The position numbers and the translations under genes were made by a program. A stretch of 64,000 nt of DNA from assembly GCF_009914755.1 (NCBI RefSeq), contig NC_060936.1; one strand, given 5' to 3'. A model generated the notes under the pieces. It was not told the DNA's origin. It did not search any database and saw only the letters and a program-made list of their open reading frames with translations. Positions 1 to 13,645 of this stretch are shown here, one piece after another. Positions within the stretch are counted from its first letter, which is position 1. Each line of letters opens with the position of its first letter. Source of the DNA: the human T2T-CHM13v2.0 reference genome, Homo sapiens.

Positions 1-399
1 ATATAAATTTGTTTTGAAAATCAGTATATAGACATAAGGCAGAATTACTTATTATTAAAACAAATGACAAAGACTAAGAAAGGACCTAGAAAAAAGTGAT
101 TAATTTACCAACTTAATTTTCTAGGCAGTCACTCTGGCCTCATTTCTCCTCCACTAAAGAACATCTGGTGGCACCCTATTCTTTTAAAAATAAACCCCAA
201 ACACTGATAGTTAAAATATTTTACAATTTGGCCCAATTATCCATCCCACAGAAATAATGATTTTCTATGAGATGGTCTCACATCTCCACTTAACTCAAAC
301 TCCACTTAGCTAAAATTCTGTCTAGTAAAACTGATTGCTTAAAGTGATCTGTAATTTTCTCCCTACTTTGTTTCTGCTTTCCTACTCAATAGCTTGAAA

Positions 400-532
400 T
401 TTTTATATGTATTTTCTGTCTTTCTCCACTCAAATGTTAGCTCCACTGGAGTGGGAATTTTGTCTATTTTGTTCACTGCAATATCTCTTAAAACTAGAAC
501 AGAGCTTTGCGCCATAGCAGACACTCAACAAA
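400..532 (+). mobile_element. L2 3'-end fragment (duplicate of 1689-1815)
   Basis: L2 tail motif ...ttttgttcactgc...ctagaacagag...actcaacaaa. Confidence 0.7.
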
Positions 533-729
533 CCCCTCACCTTGAGAGCTCAAATTGCCAATTCTGCTACCTATGTTCAAGCTAAAGTTATCGTTCTCCA
601 ACTCTGACTTTCTAATGTGAATTCTTTGATAATTCATAATTATCTCACAGTATTGTCTCTCTTGCCATACAAATAAATAACTAATTCAATTGTTATTTAA
701 CTTTTCTCCACCATTATAATGGTCTAGTA

Positions 730-926
730 CAGTGCTGTCAAATAGAACTTTCTACGACGATAGAAATAGTGTGTATCTGTAATGTCCAACAGGGTAGCTA
801 CTACCTACATGTAGCTATTGAAATCTTGAAATGTGGCTAGTAAAACTAAGGAAGAACTTTTAATTTAATTAGGTTAACTTTAAATTAGTCACATGTGGGA
901 AGTGGCTATACTATCAGACAACTCAG
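730..926. mobile_element. MER3 (hAT-Charlie MITE)
   Basis: Begins cagtgctgtcaaatagaactttct and resembles the MER3 consensus throughout. 8-bp TSD gtctagta (722-729) / gtctagca (927-934). Confidence 0.85.
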
Positions 927-934
927 GTCTAGCA

Positions 935-1830
935 CAATCTTACCTTTCCCTAGCTCACCTAACACTGACCACACCTCTAGCATTTGCCACTGCTGACCAC
1001 TCCTTTTCTGAAAACTCTGTCCTCTCTTAGTTTCCAACCTATTTTCTCTTTCTCCTCCCTCTCTCTGCATCCTAGAATCTCTTATTTCCATTCAACATGA
1101 TTTCCCCATGTGATTCCATTGACTTGATTTTTTAAAGAGCTCAGTTCACTAACTCCCCAAATCAGTTTCCTACCTTAACCACTCCTGAGCTGCAGACCCT
1201 CAAGGCCATTCCAATGATTCTCCTGGTGAATTCATTCTTCTTATATAAAGCATGACATCCTTGATAAGGGATTTCCTGACCTCCCACTGCAGGCATAACA
1301 AATAGATATTCCATCTGTCTTGTCACTGCATCTTTCTATTATCAGGTCGGATTGCAGGGGAGAGCCCACAGAGCTCCATGTGTTCCTAGCAACACTGACT
1401 CTGTACCTCCACCTTCCTGAGTAGGAGGAAAGACCCTTCACTCACCCTTTCCCACAACCCCAAACGCTTACAGACTAACCACCGTCTGCCCAACAGATAT
1501 GCAAGCTTTACACTCAGTTCTTATTTTTTGCCTAGAAAACTTCCTTTAGGATTCTGCTCAAAAGCTACTTCATCACAATACTTCCATAATATTCCCAAAA
1601 CAGCAATCATCCCCTATTTTGTTACTCTCTATCCTTCTTACCCTGCTTTATTTTTCGTCACAGCAATCATCTCGTAACACAGTTCATATTTATATATTTT
1701 TTCTTTCTCTACTGAAATGTTAGCTCCACTGAAGTGGGAATTTTGTCTATTTTGTTCACTGCTATATTCCTTAAAACTAGAACAGAGCCTGGCACCATTG
1801 TGGACACTCAGCAAATACTGAATGAATAAA
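935..1830 (+). mobile_element. L2 fragments ending in the L2 3' tail
   Basis: Pyrimidine-rich L2-like text ending ...cactcagcaaatactgaatgaataaa. Confidence 0.6.
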
Positions 1831-3009
1831 GACAAGAAAAGAAAAAAAAAAGGCTTAGTGATTATAACCCTAATACCTAGCAAAGTCTTTGGCCATCTGA
1901 TAAGCCCAAATTCCATCACTAAGAATTCCCTCATTCTTTTCCTTAAATAGTTCTGTCCTGCATAAAATAACATTGTTACAGATTCACTATCAGTTTTTGG
2001 TAATGAAACATGAATTACATTTCTTCTGGCACTGGTGGTCTCTTGCCATGATTAATCCAACCTCCTTTATCAAGGTCTTCACATACAAGAGAAGCTCAAA
2101 ATTAACCAATATGATTTTCACTTGTAACTAATGGCATGCATCTGGTGAGACTGCTGGCGGACTCTGTGGTTAGGAAACCAGAAAAACTTTACTGCCCACT
2201 AAAAGAATTAAAGCTATAACCTTGAGCTTTGACTTCATTAACATTTTCCTCTAAATCTGGCCTAACGAGCCACAGTTGCCTGAAAAGGTTATGAAATAGC
2301 ACAACCGAAACCATATTATCACATCATAATCATGCCAGGTGATATGAGAACTGGTTATATGAGACAGCATATACATGAACATTTCAGTGTCTGATGCTTC
2401 ATCTTACGACCTGTTTCACGCATTTCAATTGTCAATCTGAAATAAAAGCATCTTACTTGAAATTTCATTTTGGCCAATTCTTTGCATGCTTATATAGAGA
2501 TATGTGAGCCTACATTCTAGATTAAATCATGACTGAGATCTAAATTAAGACATAAGAGCTGCAAAAAAATACCTTCATTCCTTCTAGATTTCTATTCCAT
2601 TTCTAACAAATCACTGATTAGTATATCACACTGCACAGCATCAAGCCACAGGCAAGACTGCTAATAATAACATGGAAACGTCAACCCCCATGACTCATCA
2701 ATCTACCACACATAAGAATGCAGTTAGCAACTGTTCCTCATGTCTCTGCAACTACATGGTGCTCAAATGTCAAAATATTCAGCCTAGATAGAAAAGTCAA
2801 AATTATTAATAGTTACAGGAAAATAAAGCTTTGGATTAAATAAAACAGATCACGTATCACATATTTTTCAATGTATACCAAAAATTATATTAGGTAATGA
2901 ATATAAAAACTAATGAATATAACAACTTTAAAAAGATGCTTAAAAGTCTAGGTGTAATATAGATGAGTTTATAACCCAAAAAAAAGCCCTCTCTTTCAAT
3001 AAGAATAAG

Positions 3010-3180
3010 AGAATTAGAATATTTACATTTAGATCCTAGTGCTGCCCACTGTCTGGCTAACTGACTTTATGCAAATTACCCTTTCAGAGCCTCGGTTTCT
3101 TCATCTCTTAAAAACAGAGTAACATCTACCTTACAGTATTATAGAAAGGATTAAATGAGAAACTGTATGGGACACCAAGC
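3010..3180. mobile_element. MIR
   Basis: Core ctcggtttcttcatct...ggattaaatgag. Confidence 0.6.
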
Positions 3181-3189
3181 CTCTGTACA

Positions 3190-3970
3190 CCTCCACTTGG
3201 ATACACATCTCAAACTCAGTATGTCCAAAACCGACTTCATCTTCCCTTTCTCTGCCCCTGCTCTTCTTCCTATATTTTCTCCCTTAAGGAATGGTACCTC
3301 CCACCAAATCACACAACACAGAAACCTGTAAGTCGCTCTAAATTTCTCCTTCACTTTTATTTTCCTCATCTATATTCTCCTCCACTCCTAATATTAAGTC
3401 CAGGACAAGGTCCTAAAGCTCTACGTAGTCTCTCATATTTACCCTTTATTTCTCATATCCACAGTTACTGCTACTACCTGCCACCTGAATTTCTTACACT
3501 TAAGCAATTTATCTTCCATACCGATATCATAGAGAGCCTTCTAAAGTTGTTCAACAACATGGTTGAGTCACTTCAATGATTCTGCACTCCCACAGCCTAC
3601 CAAAATTGGAGAGAAAAACATTTAACCCCATCTTCAAGGCTCTTCACAATTTTGTCAATCTTATGTCATGCATTCCTCCAAACACCCATCAATCCTACAC
3701 TTCACAAATGTGACAAACTGAAAATGACTTTCACTTCTTCAAACATACCATGTTGTTGAACAATTTACTTGTTACTCTCACAGCTCCTTTTGCCTACAAT
3801 GCCATTCTCACCTTCACCAGGCAAATACCTAAGTTCCTTTCAACACTCAGGTTAAGCATTACCTTGTCTTAAAAAACTTTTTTGATACTGACTTTTCAAC
3901 TCCACTCAAATAACTGACTCTTCTGATCCCCTCTGCATCGTATATGGTCATCTATAACAATGTTATCTCA
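3190..3970 (+). mobile_element. L2 fragment
   Basis: catctcaaactcagtatgtccaaaaccga... is typical L2 text. Confidence 0.6.
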
Positions 3971-4302
3971 TCCAGTATGAATTAACGCTAAACACATAAT
4001 GCCCTAAAACTCATAGAAAGAAAATGTAATTCGATATGCAAAGGCCTGAGTTCAAGTCCTGACTCCATCGTCTACTTGTCGTATAGCTCGGGAAAAGCTA
4101 TATAATTTCTCTTTATCCCAGTTTCTGCATCTGTAAGATGAGGATACCACCATCTTAACATCATTTTTAAGATTCTACATGTTTAATATATGTAAAATTG
4201 GTCTTTAGTATCTTCCTGAAACCACACATCCAATCAATCACCAGGTCCTGCTGATTTGCATCTCTAATTCCTTCCACATATTTTCTATTCTGCTACCACT
4301 AC

Positions 4303-5311
4303 TGTAGGGACCAGCCCCACAGGGTCGGTGGGTTTTTCTCCCTGTGTGTGGAGACAAGATATTGTAGAAATAAAGACACTAGACAAAGAGATAAGAGAAA
4401 AGACAGCTGGGCCCGGGGGACCACTACCACCAAGACGCGGAGACTGGTAGTGGCCCCGAATGCCAGGCTGTGCTGATATTTATTGGATACAAGACAAAGG
4501 GGCAGGGTAAGGAGTGTGAGCCATCTCCAATGATAGGTAAGGTCACGTGGGTCACGTGTCCACTGGACAGGGGGCCCTTCCCTGCCTGGCAGCTGAGGCA
4601 GAGAGAGACAGGGAGAGAGAGAGACAGCTTACACCATTATTTCTGTATATCAGAGACTTTTAGTATTTTCACTAATTTTGCTAATATTATCTAAAAGGCA
4701 GAGCCAGGTGTACAGGATGGAACATGAAAGTGGACTAGGAGCATGACCACTGAAGCACAGCATCACAGGGAGACGGTTAGGCCTCCAGATAACTGTGGGC
4801 AGGCCTGACTGATGTCAGGCCCTCCACAAGAGGTGGAGGAGTAGAGTCTTCTCTAAACTCCCCCGGGGAAAGGGAGACTCCCTTTCCTGGTCTGCTAAGT
4901 AGCAGGTGTTTTTCCTTGACACTGACGCTACCGCTAGACCATGGTCTGCTTGGCAACGGGCGTCTTTCCAGATGCTGGCGTTACCACTAGACCAAGGAGC
5001 CCTCTGGTGGCCCTGTCCGGGCATAACAGAAGGCTCACACTCTTGTCTTCTGGTCACTTCTCACTATGTCCCCTCAGCTCCTATCTCTCTGTGTGGCCTG
5101 GTTTTTCCTAGGTTATGATTATAGAGCGAGGATTATTATAATATTGGAATAAAGAGTAATTGCTACAAACTAATGATTAATGATATTCATATATCATTAT
5201 GTCTATGATCTAGATCTAGTATAACTCTTATTGTTTTATATATTTTATTATACTGGAACAGCTTGTGCCCTCGGTCTCTTGCCTGGGCACCTAGGTGGCT
5301 TGCCACCCACA
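4303..5311 (-). mobile_element. Solo LTR13 (ERVK class)
   Basis: TG...CA ends (tgtagggaccagcccc...gccacccaca), perfect 6-bp TSD cactac (4297-4302 / 5312-5317), about 1 kb long. Confidence 0.88.
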
Positions 5312-5394
5312 CACTACCATAGAAGTTTTAATTGCCTTTTATCTAGATTTCACAACAGCATGCTAACTTGTTCCCTGAACTAACCACCTCTATT

Positions 5395-5560
5395 TCTATG
5401 GTTTTCAACCTTAGATGCACATTGAAATCAACTAAGGGACTTTAAAAGGTACTAATATACGCAACTCACCCTCTGAGATTCTAATTCAATTGAATAGGAA
5501 TGTAGCTGTACATCAGTTTTTCAAAACATCCCAGATAACTCTAACATTCAACTGGTTGCC
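5395..5560. mobile_element. MER5 (hAT-Charlie) fragment
   Basis: tggttttcaacctt...gcacattgaaatca...gagattctaattcaattg. Confidence 0.6.
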
Positions 5561-5719
5561 CCCAATACTCCACAATTTTGCCATGCTGATATTCCTAAAC
5601 CACAACTCGAACAGGTTGGTTCCCTGCTCCAAAATCTTCAACAATTTCATACTGTGTTAACAACAAAGATCCCAAACAGTAAAAGTAGTATTCAAGGCCC
5701 TGTATGATCTGATTCAAAG

Positions 5720-5930
5720 AGACGCAATATAGGAAAGTGATTAAAGGTTCACCCCTGGAGCCAAAATGTATCCCAGCTCTGCTACTTACTAGATGTGTGT
5801 CCTTGTCTCTGTATCCTTGTAATTCTATCTATCTCATAGGGTTATTTTAAAGATTAAATGAGTTTATGGGCAAGGCATTTTGAATAGCTGGCGGCACACA
5901 GTAGAAATTTAATAAACATTAGTCATTATT
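5720..5930. mobile_element. MIR
   Basis: tcccagctctgctacttactag...agattaaatgag...ggcacacagtag. Confidence 0.65.
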
Positions 5931-6148
5931 CATTTCTAATAGCTTTATTTCCTACTAATTCCCCTAATGCAGCCAACAGTTTTACCCATAAGACCTAAAT
6001 AAAACCTGCTCTAAACACAGTATAGGCATGAACCTAGGAAGGTACTATGTGTAGAATGTGCTTAATGAAGGTAGGTTAGTTTGCTGAACCCAATAAATGT
6101 TTAAATAAAATAAAATAAATTTAAAAAACATAAAAATTTTTTAAGTAT

Positions 6149-6980
6149 TTTGATTTAACGTCCAACCAAATCTCCACTTGTCTGTCTAGTGACAGTAGAA
6201 CAATGAAGGGATTTTTATCCATACCTCAACTTAGTAGGTTTTCATTAACTTGTGACTGCTTCAGAAGTCAACTTAAGTTTAATAGGGTGAAAACAGCAGC
6301 AATGGAGCAAGAGCAAGCTTGGGATGGGGGGATAAATTTATATATACGCACTTGTGTATGTACACACATACATATATATATATAATTTAATTTTGTGTGT
6401 ATATGTATAAAAATAATATTAATCTTTTTGGGGGGAGGCAGAGTCTCACTCTGTTGCCCAAGCTGGAGTGCAGTGGCATGATCTTGGCTCACTGCAGCCT
6501 CAACCGCCAGGGCTCTAGTGATCCTCCCACCTCAGCCTCTTGAGTAGCTGGGACCACAGGCACATGCCACCATGACTGGCTAATGTTTTTTATTATTTGT
6601 AGAAACAAGGTCTCACTATGTTGCCCAGGCTAGTCTTGAACTCCCAGGCTCAAGCAATCCTCCTGCCTCAGCCTCCCAAAGTGCTGGGATTACAGGCGTG
6701 AGCCACTGCACCCAGCCCGAAATTAAATTTTATGTCTATATGTATGTGTGTACACAGACAAACACATGCATATAAATTCATCACCCAATCCCCAAGCTTG
6801 CTCTTGCTCCATTGCTGCTATTTTCACCCTATTAAACTTAAGTTGACTTCTGAACCGGTGACTTTTGAAGCAGTCACAACTTAATGAAAACCTACTAAGC
6901 TGAGGTACGGATAAAAATCTCTTTATTGTTCTACTGTCACTAGAAAGACAGGTAGAGATTTGGTTGGACTTTTAACCAAA
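6149..6980. repeat. Long inverted repeat (arms ~6149-6394 and ~6720-6980) around an AluJ
   Basis: Aligned by eye: 6160-6323 is the reverse complement of 6791-6969, with about 9 substitutions and one 15-nt insertion. Confidence 0.95.
6425..6718 (-). mobile_element. AluJ
   Basis: Full dimer with J-type text (ctcaagcaatcctcctgcctcagcc, tctcactatgttgccc). Confidence 0.9.
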
Positions 6981-7999
6981 TTTTATCTTCACATATCTCC
7001 AATATGCTGAAATTTGAATCCTTCACATTTCTTTCTGAGGTTTTATGGGACTCCCATGAATTTTTTTTATTTTAATCTTAAATTTAAGATTCTTAACATA
7101 CACCATTTTAATTAAGAGTTAAATGTGGAGCTGTGGGTGTCTAAGCTTTAATTATATCCTACTTATGAGAAGCTCTGGCATGTCTTAAAACTTGGGAGAA
7201 AGAGCAAATGACAATACTTTTAAAAAACCTTCATATGTTTAAAAGCTAAGTAGTTGCATTATTTATGGATACTGAAGGAAATAATAAGTATTTAAAGCCA
7301 GTTCTCCTCCCAAAGTCTAGATTAGCAAAACAAATAGCTTTGACTATTCTCCTGTTAAATAATTTCACTGTCTACACTGAGTAAATGACACAGTCTGTTT
7401 TTTCAGGTGGTCCCTTAATAGTTCTATTTTTTAATTTTTAAACTGTGTATCACATGTGACAAAGATCTTAATATGAATTAACTGTGCAACAGTTCTGTTC
7501 TTTTAAATCTCTGGTCCACTTTCAGCCTCTCTATACACAGAGAATGCAAAGCCAATAAAGAAGAAGCCAATTGCTTTTGCAAGTAAGAACTGAATTACTA
7601 GTGAGGTAACAAGTCCCCACCCGACCCTAGCCCCTGAACCCGTCCCTGGAGATGGAGAAAGTGGAGTATCACAGATAAAGGAAAGGCCAGGAGAAGGGAA
7701 CAGGAGGAAGGGTTGGAAGCCAGCCATCTTTCTATGCTCTTTTCTCTCTAATCATTGAACACCCTGTTTTTACTATGAGCACAAAACATGATTTAATTCC
7801 AAACAGAGGCATTAAACACAGTCCTAAGTAAGCATTTTTGCTTTTAAACTGTGCGTGTACACACATGCAGTACTGTTGCAGTACACACATACCAAATGCA
7901 GGCAGAGAGGCCAACTACTACCGTCCACTGCGCTTTCTCTCAAATGGGCTGTTTACAACTGAGGAGACAGTTTATGGATAAGAAGTGTGCTCAGAACAG

Positions 8000-8830
8000 A
8001 GATAAAGAAAAGTTCCCTAAGAAACAGAATATATAAGCAACTGGGGAAATGAGGTGGAAGCTATGATTTTAATAAAAAAGATTCTCTACCCTAAGACATG
8101 TATTCTCTAGATTGACCAAAATGGTGAAAAGTTAGTCCCTGGGCTCTTACCTTTCTATGTAGGACAGTATCAGACAAGGCAGTAATATTCCCAGAAGAAT
8201 ATTATTAAGAGAATATAAGCTCACAAACAAAAATAATATTCTAAGGAGCCCAAGTGCTGTGAAAGACAACAAACTGAACAATCTTGGTGAAAGAAAAGAA
8301 AATCAGTGAACCAAACTAATCAAGAACTTAATAAACATGTTTAAAAAGATAAATGAGGATATTATAAAACTGAAGCATGAACAAGCAAATATTTTTAAAG
8401 CCGATAATACTGGGTATAAAAATATTATAGAGAAATAAAATATAGTAGACTTGAAAAGCAAAATGAATATGATCCAATAATAAATTAATGAGCTAGAAGA
8501 ATGATCAAGTAATTCAAAAAGAAGTCATCAGGAAGAAAAAAGATGGAAAATATACATAAGTTAAGCAAGATGAAAGAATGAAACAGAAGTGCCACATTCA
8601 CAAAATAAGAGATGCAAAAGGAAGGCATAAAAGATTTAAATAGTAACAGAACACTAAATTTTAAATAATTCTGAAAACCTACACAGAATGAATACCTTTC
8701 TAGAAAAGACTTCCCAAGTCTCATCGCCAGACATACATTCATAAAACCACAGACTCAACTGTATAAGGAATGGAAGAAAAAGGGAAAAAAACCTATTATT
8801 TGCAGATGATATGAATCAGACAAAATATTA
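8000..8830 (+). mobile_element. Old L1M fragment
   Basis: A-rich, degenerate L1-like text, e.g. tattatttgcagatgatatg. Confidence 0.45.
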
Positions 8831-9254
8831 AAACTAATGAAAAGTAAGCAGACATTCAACAAATATCTGTTAAATGACCAAATGAGAAAAGAAAGAAACA
8901 AAGTCAAAAAACTGCTGAAAGGTAGAGGTCCTGTCTCAACATAAAGCAGAGTTATAAAAAAGCCAGAGTTTATCTTGGTATCACTCCCTTATTCTTAAAG
9001 GCCCTGTCAATTCTTTCTTCTACTCTCCCACCCCCAAACCTCATCTTCTTGGTTCCTTTTGTCATATCAGGCAGCTGTCAATTATTCTTTCTTTAAGTGT
9101 TAGTTGCTTAAGGCTTAGATGACCAACTCAAACTTTTGGGTCTCGAGTTTCCTTTATACTCTTAGAAACTGTTGAAGACTCCAAAGAGCTATTGTATATG
9201 TGGATTATGCCTAGTAATATTTTCTGAATTAAAAACAAATTTAATGGGAAATTT

Positions 9255-9795
9255 ACTAACCACCTCAGCCAGGTGATCACAGTCAACAGCAAAAATAAGT
9301 TATGCTGACAGAATATACCCTTGGTATGATGTGATGAAAACGGCACTTTATCTCTGTGGTCTTCCTTCTCAAAATCCATTAAACTTAGTCTAATCATGAA
9401 AAACATATCAAACAAATTCCAGTTCAGGGATACTATGTAAAATAACTAACCAGTAGCCCTCAAAACAGTCAAGGTTCATTCAAAACAAAGAAAGTCTGAC
9501 ACACGGTCATAATCAAGAAGAACATGAGGAAACACGAGAACTAAATGTAACGTGACGTCCTGAATTGGATCCTGGAACATAAAAAGGACATTACGTAAAA
9601 ACTAAGTAAATCTGAATCAAGTATGGATTTCTGTTAATAATGTATCAACATGAGTTCATCAATTATATCACATGTACCACACTAATATAAGATGTTCCTA
9701 ATAGGCGAAGGGGGGGTACAACATATATGGGAACTCTATTATCTTTACAATTTTTCTGTAAACCTAATACTGTTCTAAAACAAAGTTTATTTAAA
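9255..9795 (+). mobile_element. L1MC/L1MD 3' end
   Basis: caggtgatcacagtcaaca...tggatcctggaacataaaaaggacatta...gggaactcta. Confidence 0.7.
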
Positions 9796-9856
9796 AATAT
9801 ATATATCTTAGAAAAAATTAAACTAAAAAAAAAAAATTGAAAACAAAAGAATTCAT

Positions 9857-10145
<289 letters not shown>

Positions 10146-10738
10146 GAATTCACAAACACACCCTCCGGTAGCCACCAGAGCAATGACATCATGTTTTATG
10201 TGGTCTCTGGAAAGTTCTACTGTGCCCTCATGAGGATAAAAAAGACAAATAATATAAAGTACCATGGTATTATTACAAAAAAAAAATAATTTTTACCCCT
10301 CACAGATTCTCTGAAAGGGTCTTAGAGAGTCTCAGAGTCCTGGGAACCCACTTTAAGAAAATCTCCAAGAATAATAGAAACACAAAAGATGTGTGGCTGG
10401 GAATTCTGCTGTTACATTCTGTATGCCACTGGTTATTTCTCTTTCTTTTAAAAAGCTAACGCTTTCTCCAATGAGGCTCCCCAAATTTACTACAGAGTCC
10501 AATTATATACCTGAATGATTTTTACATTACTCAAGCCTCTAACAAGAATAACCATCTAATAAGGTAAGAAAAAAAAAAAGAAAAACGATATAATGAGATG
10601 CAATCTTTAGTACTCACACAATAGGTAATACTGAGCAATATATTCACACTTAGGAAGTTCAAACAATTACAAATATTTAAGTACTGCTAACAAAACTTTC
10701 AGAAGTTAAAGTAATGGAGATGTAAACAAAGTGTAACA

Positions 10739-10996
10739 GGCCGGGCACAGTGGCTCACACCTGTAATCCCAGCACTTTGGGAGGCCGAGGCGGGTGGATC
10801 ATGACGTCAGGAGATCGAGACCATCCTGGCTAACAGGGTGAAACTCCGTCTCTACTAAAAATACAAAAAATTAGCCGGGTGTGATGGCAGGCGCCTGTAG
10901 TCCCAGCTGCTCGGGAGGCTGAGGCAGGAGAATGGCATGAACCCAGGATCATGCCACTGCACTCCAGCCTGGGCGACAGAGCGAGACTCTGTCTCA
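10739..10996 (+). mobile_element. AluY with an internal deletion and no poly(A) tail
   Basis: Y-type text (gagatcgagaccatcctggctaac, gaatggcatgaacc). About 25 nt are missing at 10947. Confidence 0.9.
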
Positions 10997-11134
10997 GTAT
11001 AACAAAGTATACCTATCAAATTATTTTGACCTTTTCTAAATGTCTCCCTTTAATAGAAGTTTCAATAAAGCTATAAAGTGGCAAAAGACAAAATACCTAA
11101 CAAAATGTAGATTGGATTGTACATTTTAAAATAA

Positions 11135-11302
11135 CTAAATGAGTATAATTGGATTGTAACACAAAGGATAAAAGCTTAAGGGGATGGATACCCCATCATC
11201 CATGTGATCATTACGCACTACACGCCTGTATCAAAACATCCCATATATCCCATAAATATATCCACCCACTACATGCACACAAAATTTTTTTAAAAATTAA
11301 AA
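11135..11302 (+). mobile_element. L1MA 3' end
   Basis: taacacaaaggataaa...ggggatggatacccca...cctgtatcaaaacatc. Confidence 0.7.
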
Positions 11303-11803
11303 TAGAAGATTTTTATTGCATTAAAAAAATGTATGTTGATTGGTTTGCTTGCTCAAAAGGTACAGACTAGTCATAATCATTCTTTCCAGCCTCCACTTTT
11401 CTAACCCAATTAGAATTCTAATGTATACCACTATCGAAATAACAGATCTAGGCAATGAACATCAATGGTTGCTATTACCACATAAAGAGAGAGAATCAGA
11501 CATTATGTGCCTCCTGACGGTTACATACAACACCATTTATACATCATTATTGTCAAAAAAAATTTGAACCTTGATCTGTGCAAGCCTCTAATTCTAACAA
11601 CCAACTTGCAGGAAATATAAGGGACTGATGAACACCTTAAACATCACCATGAGGGGAAAATTCATATTGTAGAAAACTCCACAGAATAAACCATCGTGTT
11701 TTTTCAATAAATTGAAAGGTAAAAATTAACAGATATCGGAGAGATTTAAAAGATTCAAAAAGACTTGTGACTTATCAACTAAGTCCAACACAACAACCTA
11801 CTA

Positions 11804-12165
<362 letters not shown>

Positions 12166-12731
12166 TTATCTGACTAAAGAGTTATTAATTTTTAGGAATA
12201 ATGTATTTATGATCAAAGTTTTAAAGTCTTTATATTTTGGAGATATATACGGACAGTAAATACTTATGAATACAATGATTTATCTAAGATTTGTTCAAAA
12301 ACTCTGGCTTAGGAAGGTGGGAGTATAGATGAAACAATGTCAATCCAAGTTGATAATTGTTGAAGATGAGTAATGGGTATATTGGGATACGTTCTACTAC
12401 TCCATTTCAGTTCAAGAATAACTTCTATTAACAATCTTGTATGTATGATTAATACAAACTGTTAGAGTTAGCAAGCAGCTGTTGGGAAGATGAAGTTATT
12501 TTAACATGAGAAAATAAGAATGTAAGTAATAAACTAGTGACTAAAATCTTCACAGTTATTTTAACTTTACATAAGGAGATCCCTGCAACTTAAGAATTTT
12601 CATTATTTAGGACTTCAATCTAGCTGGCAACTCCTCGGGTGAGATGCCTGGGCAGACCACAGACTTTGGGTTATCCAACAACAGGACCCACTTCCAATAG
12701 GTTAGGTTACTCCAGAGGTTAATACTGGCTC

Positions 12732-13207
12732 TGGAGGAAAGAATAATGGCCTCCCAAAGATGTCCACACCCTAATCCCTGGAAGCTGTGAATGTTACCTT
12801 CTGTAGTGAAAGGGGCTCTGCAGATGTGATTAGGTTAAGGATCTTGATATAGGGCAGTTATCTGATTTTCTGAGTGGGTTATGTAACTGAGCTCAATGTA
12901 GTCATAAGTATCCTTATAAGAGGAAGCAAGAGGGCCTAAATGAGCAGCAGGGCATGTGATAACAAAAGACAAAGGTTGAAGTGATACAAGGAAGGGGCCA
13001 TGAGCCAAAAAAAATGAATGCATTCTCTAGATACTGATAAAAGCAAGAAAATGGATTCTTCCCTCAGAGTCTTCAGAAGGAAAACAACCCTGCTAACACT
13101 TTGCTTTTAGATTTCTGACTTCCAGAACTGCTAAGAGAATAAATTTGTGTTGTTTTGAGCCTCTAAATCTGTGGCAATTTGTTACAGTCGCAATAGGATA
13201 AGAGCAC
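12732..13207 (+). mobile_element. MLT1D-like MaLR LTR
   Basis: gaataatggcctcccaaagatgtccacaccctaatccctgg...aataaatttgtgttgtttt. Confidence 0.8.
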
Positions 13208-13318
13208 AATGACCAACGGTAAAATTTAAAGAAGTGCTATTGTACAACAATACTTTCAGAGGATTAGTAATTGGCATATGGATAAATTATCATTAAACTT
13301 GAATGCACAAATGCCTTA

Positions 13319-13645
<327 letters not shown>

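Noticed and set aside
2400-2450. Minus-strand acceptor cttttatttcag with nearby GT sites
   Set aside because: The donors are weak (GTCGTA, or GTC|GTAAGA) and the sequence does not encode the expected next ORP8 residues.
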